Source: Craspedostauros australis
Lineage: Eukaryota
Length of the DNA stretch: 38,678 bases
Reading direction: 5' to 3'
Assembly (NCBI GenBank): GCA_030167865.1
Contig: JALAGF010002372.1
Span: 1 to 38,678, forward strand
Below the pieces are notes generated by a model. The model saw only the letters and a program-made list of their open reading frames with translations, made no database searches and was not told the DNA's origin. Of this stretch, positions 11,146 through 21,223 are shown in pieces. The translations under genes were made by a program, and so were the position numbers. Within the stretch, counting starts at the first letter, position 1. The number at the start of each line of letters is the position of its first letter.

Positions 11146-12281
11146 CTAATCCTTCTTGTGGATCCCATTTGCGAGGTACATCTTCGTGATACCATTGCTG
11201 GCGATCTCATCCATCTGCTCACAGTATGTTTGGATTTGGTTCGACATGAGCAAGCTCTCCAATCTGCTTGGCGCATCTTCCTCAAGCCAGGATTCCTTCG
11301 ATTTCTTGTTGGCCTTGGACAGTTGTCTGGTGTGCGATTGGAATTTGTACTGCTCGTTGGCAAGATCTTCCACCCAGCCAGCCATCGACTCCATCTGCTT
11401 TTCCAGGAAAGTGTTGGAGGACATGTCCAGCCGCCGCAGGTCCACGTCGACCGGTGGCTTCCAGTCTTGCAGGAGGGCCTCGATGAGGGATGGGTTGGTG
11501 TACTGGATGGGAAGTTCCTCGAATATGCTCTCCGGCGCAATGAACTTGTTGATGCTCGCCTGCTTCATGTTGAGACAGTCATCCGATAACCGCAGCGCCT
11601 TGATAGCGAACGAGCCGTTGGTGGTTTGCAGTGGGTCGTATAGAATGACAACAGAGTTTGGCGACAAGTCCGCCTGATAGGAGAGCTGGGTGTCGAGGAC
11701 GTTGGAGGTGGAGTACACGCCCATGTTCATGGACTGGTACCACCCGACGCAGTTGTTGTCGACGTTGACCTCCCGGAGCATGCGCATCATGTTGAGCTGG
11801 AAATCGTCGTTGGCATCAGTGTCCTCGTCTCCCTTTCCGCTACTGCCGAGGTTAGGAAATGCATGGGTGATCTCCAGCGTTCCGCCCGTGACGGTGAGAC
11901 CAAGCAGTGTACCGCTCGCCGTGTGTGGCAGAGTCTCCTGGCAGTGCTTGACGATTTTCAGGAGGGCCTGTTGTGGAATGTATTGTTATGGTATGTTGTG
12001 TTGTGTCATGTATACGTTGTTGACGGCAGCAGTGGCGGTGCAGGTTCGATATCGTCATTACAATCAGGGTGAGTGGCGAGGGCTGATCAAGCGTGGAGGG
12101 AGCACATCCCACGTCGGAGCTGTTGGCAGAGCAAGCATCGGACATCAAACACCAACAAGCGCAAGCAGCGGGCGGATACTGCCAAACCGATCGAGCAACC
12201 ACCACTTCGACGACTTACGAGGCCCTCGATTTTCACTGCGGAGACTCGCTCCGTCGCGACCACGACTGTCGATGATGCCAT
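11146..12281 (-). CDS. EIF3H: Eukaryotic translation initiation factor 3 subunit H (MPN domain)
   Basis: Exon 1 12281-12219 (MASSTVVVATERVSAVKIEGL), intron 12218-11968 (GTAAGT...CAG), exon 2 11967-11146; 294 aa. Motifs ALLKIVKHC, GTLLGL, LEITHAFP, MMRMLREVNVDNNCVGWYQS, ILYDP, IFEELPI, PSRLESLL are characteristic of eIF3h. Confidence 0.93.
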
Positions 12282-12993
12282 ATCTTCTGAATTAGATGCA
12301 CGGTGAATGCAGCCCTGCTCGTGTTGGGTTATTTGTGTGGCGTGCTGAGGTATGGTTGTTGGTGCGGGTGCAAGTGCGAGCGCAAGAGGAGGATCGGCTG
12401 TTGTTGTTGCACTTGTAGCTGTCTCCGATAACAGTTTCCCTCCAGTGGTCGCTCCTTGGTTGATCTTTGTTGCTCTTGGTTGCTGCGGTTGTCGTGTACT
12501 GTGGCACACCTCGCGCCGCGGTGCTGTGTCCTTGGCCAATTTTTCGTCTCGTTTTCGTTCTTTGCGTGCAGAGAGGAGGATCAACGCATCATGGACAGAC
12601 GATCGATCCAAGCCCGCACAATTGTGGATCACGAAGCGAGTCGTGGTTGCGCGCGCCTCACTCATCCACTCATCCATCCATCGGTGTCACATGCGGAGAG
12701 GGGGATTTGGCGTTGGATCTTCCGAGAGTTTCCTCGTTGCTTCGACCTCGTGCGCGCGTCTGCCCTGCGCTGCTCCTCCCAAACCTGCATCAATCCAGAA
12801 CATCAGATCTGCGACCTCCAGCTCGCACAAACCCGCGCAACGCATCACGCCCCGAACATCGATCCCAACTCACTGTTCTTCGTGAACGACCTCGACGTCG
12901 AGCACAACCGAAGAAGTTGCGGCCACAAGCGAAGCACCAACCAATACCGCAGCAGCAAGTGACAGTAATTGACAGCAAACAGTGGCAAACAAG

Positions 12994-15367
12994 ATGTCAG
13001 AAGCCGCACAGCAACAACCACCGGCCGCCGCCGGCGGAGAGGCCGCACCGGCCGCAACGCCCGTGGAGCACCTGGACGAGAACGGCAAGCCGCTATCCAA
13101 GAACGCCCTCAAGAAGAAGCTGAAGGCAGAGAAGGCCGCCAAGGCAAAGGCAGAGAAGGCTGCGAAGGCCGCAGAGAGAGCCGCCAACGCGCCGAAGAAG
13201 GAGAAGAAGGAGGAGGAGATCACCGACCCCAGCCAGTTCAAGGCCAACCGCGAAGCCGCAGTCATACAGATGGAGAAGGACGGAGTCAACCCGTACCCGC
13301 ACAAGTTCCATGTGGACTACCGTCTCCCAGATTTCTGCACCGAGTTCGACTCCAAGACCGCCAAGGGAGAGCAGCTCGAAGAGCAATCCTCCGTGGCAGG
13401 ACGCGTGGTATCCGTTCGTCACCAGGGCAAGCTTTACTTTTACGACCTGCGTGGCGATGGCGCCAAGCTCCAGGTCATGAGCGACCCCAAGACTTACTCC
13501 AGCGAGGAAGAATTCACCAAGATCCACAAGCTCATCAAGCGCGGAGACATCATCGGCGTCAAGGGATTCCCAGGCAAGTCCAAGAAGGGCGAGCTCTCCA
13601 TCTTCCCAACCACCATCACCCTGCTCAGCCCTTGCCTCCACATGCTGCCGTTCGCCAAGGGAGATTCCAGCCTCGGAGGAATCACCAACATGGAGACCAG
13701 ATACCGGCAGAGGTACCTCGATCTCATCGTCAACAATGAGATCCGCGATGTCTTCAGCATCCGATCAGACATCATCCGCGAGGTCCGCAAGTACTTGGAT
13801 GACCGTCACTTTTTGGAGGTCGAGACCCCCATGATGAACATGATCCCAGGTGGCGCCACGGCAAAGCCCTTCATCACCTACCACAACGACCTCAGCATGG
13901 ACCTCTACTTGCGCGTGGCACCAGAGCTCTACCTCAAAATGCTCGTCGTCGGAGGCCTGGACCGCGTGTACGAAATTGGACGCCAGTTCCGCAACGAGGG
14001 AATCGACCTCACGCACAACCCCGAGTTCACGACGCTGGAGTTTTACCAGGCCTACGCCGATTACAACGACCTCATGGACATGTGCGAAGAGCTCATCAGC
14101 GGGCTGGTGAAGCGTGTCACCGGCGGGTTCAAGATCAAGTACTCGCCGAAGCCGGGTATGGATGAGGTGGAGATCGACTTCACTCCGCCCTTCAAGCGCA
14201 TTAGCATGATCGAAGGCATCGAAGAGGCCATGAAGGAGAAGCTGCCGGAGCTCGATGACCCAGAGGTCGACGCAAAGCTCTTGGTGCTGCTCAAGAAGCA
14301 TGGCGTGGAGTGCAGTCCACCGCATACAACCGCTAGGCTGCTTGATGCCTTGGTCGGTGATTTCCTCGAAGACAACATCACGCACCCAACCTTCATCACG
14401 GAACATCCACAGATCATGAGCCCCCTAGCCAAGTACCACAGATCCAAGAAGCATCTCACAGAGCGCTTCGAATTGTTTGCTGCTGGCAGAGAGGTAAGTT
14501 GCCCGTCTTACTTGAACGGCGGCGTCGTATGCATCCATTCGTCTTTTTTCACGTGTGGTCTCGAGACAAATCCAACATGAGACAGATGGAGGGGAAGAGG
14601 AGGGCGCAATCATTACTTTGCATACTTGAATACTGTCGCCCAATGCACTGTCGAGCTTCATTACTTGCCATGGCTCTCTTGTCTTCTGAATACCGGCGCA
14701 ACCCCACCACCAACAACAACATAACTCACGTATGTCTCAAAATGTGAATGGTTGGTCTTCGAAATGTCGCGAAATACTTGCAACGACGGCAACGTTGTCG
14801 GCACCTACTCCCACTACACAGCTCGCCAATGCCTACACCGAGCTGAACAACCCGGTTGTGCAGTACAGGCTCTTCTTGGAGCAAGCCAAGGCCGGAAGCG
14901 CCGGCGACGATGAGGCCATGGTGCTTGATGATTCGTTCGTGACGGCACTGGAGCACGGACTCCCACCCACCGGAGGTTTTGGTCTTGGTATCGACCGTCT
15001 TGCCATGTTCCTCGCCAACAAGAACAACATCAAGGAAGTCCTGCTTTTCCCAGCCATGAAACCAACCGACGAACAGTTGGCGGTCATCGCCCAAAACGCA
15101 CCCAAGAAGGACGCCACAAACACCAATACGGGAAGCAGCGTGAACGTCGATGGTCTTGACGTCACCACGGAGGTCGGGCTCAAGACTTTGGATGGCGCCC
15201 TGTTCGGAAACTCGTTCGTCTCCGGCAACACCCCCACCAAGAGCGATGTCACGTTGCTGGAGGCAGTCAAGAAGCTTCCAGAAGCCACCGTCGCTCCACA
15301 CACCAACGTCACCGCATGGGTGAAGCTCATGGGGATGCTGTCCGAGGAGGCCATCAAGTCGTTGTGA
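12994..15367 (+). CDS. KARS1: Cytosolic class II lysyl-tRNA synthetase with C-terminal GST-like extension
   Basis: Exon 1 12994-14493, intron 14494-14821 (GTAAGT...CAG, phase 0; GRE|LANAY), exon 2 14822-15367. N-terminal [10 protein letters not shown] helix, PYPHKF, OB-fold, RYRQRYLDL, motif 2 [14 protein letters not shown], motif 3 [19 protein letters not shown]. Confidence 0.97.
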
Positions 15368-16124
15368 ATTTAACAAAACGATGCGCATACTAAACAGGAG
15401 GCATAGTTAGAGCGCAGCTTGATATCGAGCTCTGCCGTGTAGTACATATCTTATGAATCCTTGAGATTTCTCCTCACGTACATACGAGTACCTGCGGAGA
15501 CGTTTGGGCATTCTCCAGAGAGAGAGAGAGAGTAAGGGGAGAGTATTGCTGTTGTTGTTGCTGCTGCAATACTCTGTTGGCGCATTGAAGGGATTTGGAC
15601 AACAGGATGGGTGCAACCATGATCTTTCCTTCCAGCACTCTACTCGATTCTCCATCCCACTTGCATCGGCATCCGCATCAGTATTCACATCAATTGTGGA
15701 GCATGTGCGCGCCTGGCATACACGAGGCGCGGATGCGGCAGACCAACACAGTAGAGTACAAGCTAGTATTGGAGTGGAACGCGTACGGGTAGAGTGCTCT
15801 CTGGTTAGCATGCAAGAGCATACATACTCGTACCGTGGAGCACAAGAGCTTCATGCGAGCGTGATGTGGTGGAATAGCATTCTAATGTATGGTATACTCC
15901 AATACTCTCGAAAGTACTCTGTGGTACTGTATTAGAGTGCTCTATTCGCACAGGACGAGTTCGTACTAATACGACTGCTCCAGAGTACGAATACTCATAC
16001 GACTATACATACGCGTACGTCCATCGCACCTGTCTTGATGCGGGTGTCACGATCACTCCAAGTGTCCATACTTCAGCATGGCAGAGTACTCGAAAGCTCG
16101 ACGATAACGAGGAGGAGCGAGCGT

Positions 16125-16649
16125 TTATGACTCTGGTGCTGCTGGGGCGGCTCCGGCGTCGCCTCCGAACGCTGCCATGAGGTCGCTCTGGAGGGCCTGG
16201 TACTTCTCCGTGACGGCCTTGTTGATTGTCTGGGAGCCGTTGAGCAGAGCCTCCTGGCACGCTGTGGCGATGTCGTCGGTCGAAGCATCGGCGTACCACT
16301 CATCGTCAAACTGGAACGACTGCGTCTCGTACTCTGGGTTGGGATCCATGGGGTTGGTCACCGGCACGAACTTGAAGGTGGCAACCACCTTCTCGTTCTC
16401 CGACGTTCCGGAGAAATCCATCTGCGCCAGCTCGGTATCAAGCTTTTGCTTCTTCTGGGCCATCTCCTGCGCCTTCTTGAACATGGCGAGCTGGTCCATC
16501 ATTCCTGGCTTCTTCCCCTCCTTGTTGCCGCCGCCACCGAACAGGTTCAGCTCGGTGGAGGACGATGGTGCCGAAACACCACGGTGCTGCACGACTGTGA
16601 ACGCATCCGCGCCAGCCAACAGCAAGCAAGAAATCACCGAAACCTTCAT
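16125..16649 (-). CDS. Plastid-targeted YbaB/EbfC-family protein (STIC2-like)
   Basis: 174 aa. Signal peptide MKVSVISCLLLAGADA followed by F (ASAF-type motif) and a Ser-rich transit peptide ending TELNLFGG. The core KKAQEMAQKKQKLDTELAQMDFSGTSENEKVVATF resembles YbaB/EbfC. Confidence 0.7.
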   Translation of the reverse strand: MKVSVISCLLLAGADAFTVVQHRGVSAPSSSTELNLFGGGGNKEGKKPGMMDQLAMFKKAQEMAQKKQKLDTELAQMDFSGTSENEKVVATFKFVPVTNPMDPNPEYETQSFQFDDEWYADASTDDIATACQEALLNGSQTINKAVTEKYQALQSDLMAAFGGDAGAAPAAPES

Positions 16650-17359
16650 CGTGCACGTTTACGACTATGTTATGTGTGTGGAGTGGAGTGGAGTGGTAAT
16701 ACAGTAGTGTGGAGTAGTTGTGTTGTTGTCTTTTGCTTCTTGGCACCAATACTAAACCGCGCCACGGATATGGTGGGAGCGTCGTGGAGGAGAACGGAGC
16801 AGAGTGACCGAAAGAACTGGTGTGTTGCTTGTGTTCGTGCGTGACACGCAAGAGAATCGAGAGACAAACAGCGGTTCCTCCTTTCGCTTTGATTTGTCGC
16901 GCTATGTCCAACGTGCGAACGCGTGGAACCAATTTTCCCGTTTTGACCACTTTGACTAATTGTGTTCATTCGTGATTTCCTGTGCTCTTGGCCAGGCGTT
17001 GTCTCGTAGTCGTGCTACTACATTAGAATTCATATTCTCTCTATCATGTAGGAACAATGGCATTTTATAATAGAATATTATATTAGTATATCTAGGTCGT
17101 ACGCATGTGGTCCTCCACAGAGCTATCTTCAAGCTATAGTACGAGTGAGACCACAGAATAGTGATTTCCTGAGAATACAAGTGGAAGCAATCCACCTTCT
17201 CTCTTGAGAGCCAGGAAAGTGTAAGAGGTGGAATTGGCTGAGTAAGGCGTTGCACTGGCCGTTTGCCTCCTGGGGCAATCTCTCTGTGTGTCTGGAGAGA
17301 TTATGGCGTGGTGCGCATCGAATAGAATAGACTCTCCAAAGAGACCGAGACAGAGGCAG

Positions 17360-17363
<4 letters not shown>

Positions 17364-17394
<31 letters not shown>
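17364..17394. repeat. (GA)n microsatellite
   Basis: About 15 GA units preceded by GAGGCA units. Confidence 0.9.
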
Positions 17395-17399
<5 letters not shown>

Positions 17400-17659
17400 T
17401 CATCATCGACAGAGCAGGTGCTGGATCGACTTGCATGCGCTCGACCAGTACGTCATGGACCGTAGTACTATACATATTCTCTCTGGAGGAGGTGATCGTA
17501 TTATTCTACGAGTATGTGAGACTGGTTGGGTATTTGGGCTGCAGTGTGATGCATTAGCATTCGGGTGGCACCAGGTACATAGGGTGGAAGTACTCTACTC
17601 TACGGGTCATGTTTTAGAGTATTACCTTGGATGTCACGTCCGAATCCTCGTACCGCGCT

Positions 17660-20016
17660 CTACATCGCAACGAGCAAACTCATGAGCAATGGCTTCGCAA
17701 GGTAAGCGTGCTCTGCCTTCTTCCCAGAATCCTCCAACCTGGCTTCGCGCTCCGTCGCTTTCGCAACAGCCACCAGCAGGCCGCTGTGCTTGGCCAGGAG
17801 GGGACGGTTGGAGAATTCCGTGGCAAGACGTTCGATGGCACGGACGGCGGAGTCTCTTGTCTCCTCCATCTTGGCACCCTCCAAGGACGCCCCTGCAACG
17901 AGCGCGTTCAACACTGACTTGTTGCACATGATCTTGCGGTTGCTGCTTTCGTTCGTCAGATGCATGATGGCGCGGGTGGCATTATCTCTGTCCTTGTCAT
18001 CCGAGCCGCGATCGACGCAGATGTCCACAAGGGTGTCCAACACTCCCGGGTGCTGCGCCATCCTTCGCCTGTTCTCGGGATCTCGTGCCTTCACGCGAAG
18101 GACCGCCGAGACGCTATTGGGGACGGGGCTCAGCGAGGCCACCACCAAGGCGTCCATCAGCGTGTCGTAGCATTCCATCCCGATGGAGATGCTCGCCGCC
18201 AGCTTCGTGAGGGCCATCGAGGCCCGGGTCTGCACCTCGGAGTTGTCATCCTTCGTTGCCACGATGGCCAACGAATCGAGCAACCCCTTGTACATTCCCA
18301 TCTGCTCCGCCGTTTCGTCGCAGGCGAGGTTGGTGAGCGCACCAGATGCCCGCCTCCTGCCTTTGTCGTTCGTGTCGGCGGTGAGCGACTTCTTCAGCGC
18401 CTCGAGGACTATGCCGTCCTTGAACTGGATCAACGCAGGACGGTTTTCTTTCGCGAAGGCCAGGTTTTGCAGAGCTGTGATTGCGGACTCCCGCGTGGAC
18501 GGGCTCTTTTCCAGCAGGATGAGCTTCACCAGGATCCCAAGCAGCTTTTCATTTCGCGCCATCTCGATCTGATTGGCAGGCGCGGATGCCAGATCCATCA
18601 GAGACAGGGCTGCGTATTCCCTCGCCACATCGCAAAGATCCAGGTGGGCGATACGTAGGAGGCTGTCCATGAAGCCGTCTTGCTCGATCATGAGGGTCTT
18701 GTTCTCTTCGCAATTGACCAGATTGGCGATGATGCGAATCCTCGCCACGCGGCACTCCGGGTTCAAAATGGACGTCGCAACTCGGGTAAGGGCTTCGAGC
18801 ATCCCCTGGTGTCTGGCAAGATTCACTCGCAGCTCGTTCACTCTCGATATGTACAGCAGCGTCTTCGTAATGTTCAGGATGCTGACGTCCGCATGCCTCA
18901 TGTTCCCTGCCTCGCAGCGCTCCAGGAGTCTCAACAGCAGCGGTATCATCACGGATCCCGACTCATCGAACGCAACATGGACAAATCTTGTCTGCGCCCG
19001 GAACACCATCTCTATCGCCGCACAAATCATTCGAATTTCGTCGTCGTCATTGGTCATGCTGAGGATCTTGGACAACACCCGCGCAGCCCCGTTCTGCAAT
19101 TCAATGTTATGCTTGTACTCGTCGGCGTGGTCAAACTCTCCGCATGCATTTGTGATCGCGATGATTCGCCGTTCGTGTCCGTTTGCCCGATGCAGATCTG
19201 TTTCCCGTCGGTCAAGTGAGCATGGCGTACCAATATAGTAGAATACACGGAGGAGCAAGGTTTGGCAACGCCATTGCCATCGTTGTCAGTATGAAGCAAG
19301 GATGATCGGAGGGCATGAGAAGCAGGCGAACAGACCGATATTGGTGAGCACTACGCATGTCTAGCATATCGCAACTGCATCCAGACATTCCTCCAACCGT
19401 CGCAAGCGTTGCTGTGGGAGAACGTACCTTCGATCACCTTTCTTGCTGTTTTGACGTGTCGTTGCGGAGTGTCCGCGTAGTGCTTGGAGTCCGCTGTTGA
19501 TTCCTGCCTGTTGTTTCTACGCGTGCTTTGCGTTGACTTTGGCACGTCCAGCCTTTCATGAACATCGCGACCATTCGCGCTTCCTGAGCTCTCCATCATG
19601 TCCGCATCCGTCGCCGCACGCCTGGATCCGGTGCCCCGCGCACCGCGGTGTTGAGATGATGTCGACGAGAGGTTCATTGAGAAACCATGATAGTGACGAT
19701 GGACCTCAGGTGTGTGTGGTTGTCTCCTTTGGGACCCACCCTGGCGTCTCGCATCGTGCGATCCAGAACGACTCGATTGCTGCGATCGGGATCTGTGCCG
19801 ACCCATGCTTGGTGATGCTGCCTTCGATCTGCTGCTGCCACCCAGCAGAAATCCTTTCTTGTGTCCTCGGCTGTTGCCGGGGTTACTGCTATTCGTGGTC
19901 CACTCGCTTCCTGTCGAGGGCGACGGTGGGCCACGAGATGGACGGTTGGTCGGTATGCGGTTGGAGCGCGACGAAGACTGTGTTCGTCTTCTTTGCGATT
20001 GGGAGGGCTGCACCAT
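17660..20016 (-). CDS. Armadillo-repeat protein with Ser/Arg-rich disordered N-terminus, function unknown
   Basis: Exon 1 20016-19428 (first ATG, MVQPSQ), intron 19427-19198 (GTACGT...CAG, phase 1; IE|DLH), exon 2 19197-17660; about 708 aa. Repeated ARM-type motifs: RESAITALQNLA, RRASGALTNLA, RDNATRAIMHLT. Confidence 0.8.
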
Positions 20017-20376
20017 CGCCGTCAATCGTAGGAAGCCGCGTTGCGGTGCCGCAGCCTGGAGTTGCAATCGTCACGCCTTCGTGCACTTGCGTCGATGTAC
20101 TCCTTGGTATGATCAGGTCAGGTGTGGTCGAATGTGAATGTGATGGCCCAGTGGAAATGCAGCGTGCTCTGATGAAATAGAGTGCCAATCGTGGGTGTGT
20201 TTGCCGAAGTGTAGCGTATTTGTGCGGCAGATCACCGATGTGTGGTACGCGAACGATGCCTCTGCTGGTAGTACAATGGCAGTAGAGTATTGATACTGCG
20301 AGTGCAGGAGGAGCGCAGCACAGCTCAACTCAATGTCGTGCGAAGTGATGTAACGTAATGCACTCTAATGTATTGT

Positions 20377-20400
20377 GATGCGATGCGATGCGATGCGATG
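20377..20400. repeat. (GATGC)n microsatellite
   Basis: gatgcgatgcgatgcgatgcgatg. Confidence 0.85.
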
Positions 20401-21033
20401 GATCGTGCCATGGACGAGCAACCTTCCTTGACGTCTCCTCTGTGGTGGTCCTCACCATTTGAATTTGTTCTGTGCCACACCTGTCAACTCACGAGCCAAA
20501 CACACACTGGTCGGTCGCCCACGCAGCGAAGCCGCCAACCAAACTTGACAACAACAAGAGGAAAACCAACGACAAGACGAAGACAGGTCGCGCACATGTC
20601 CGTGTCTATCCGGTAGAACAACAGAAATCCGTTATCTTCTGCCGTTGTTGGCGTTTTTACCACGGGGCTGGTTTTGACCGACAAAGTTCAAAGCAAAGCA
20701 CGGCGTTTCATGGCTTGGCCACAAGTTTTGTCACTGGTTGCAGCGCGCGGCAAACAGGTCAGCACAGAAAAACGTTATTTTTTCGGTTACAGAGCTCTCG
20801 CGCCGACCGAGGTCCTCGCCAACAAACAGCGCATTCACAAAATGTGCGCCATCACGAATCACGATGAAGCAATCACGAACGAAGTTCCAATCCGAGTAGA
20901 GTGCTCCACGAGTCGAGAGCATGGGGCGCGGTCTCATAGGTCATAGCTCGTGTCGCACTACTACATACGAGTGCATGCCATTGGCAGAACAGACACTGGC
21001 TCCTGTTACACTATGCACTCTTATCCGAGTGTT

Positions 21034-21067
21034 CTCGTACTCGTACTCGTACTCGTGCTCGTACTCG
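21034..21067. repeat. (CTCGTA)n hexanucleotide repeat
   Basis: ctcgtactcgtactcgtactcgtgctcgtactcg. The same unit occurs inverted at about 9389-9406. Confidence 0.85.
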
Positions 21068-21223
21068 CAGAGGACGTGTTGCTGCTCTTGCTCCTCCGAT
21101 GACTGATACATGATACGAGTGCGTACACTCGGAACCGGGGTGTGTAGTAAATACTATGGCTCAACACATGATACCATGCAATGGTCTGACGGGGTGCGCT
21201 GCTTCACATCGCTTCTGAATGTT

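Noticed and set aside
12352-12993. Possible organellar targeting extension of LysRS
   Set aside because: In-frame TGA at 12970-12972 and no convincing upstream signal-peptide exon.
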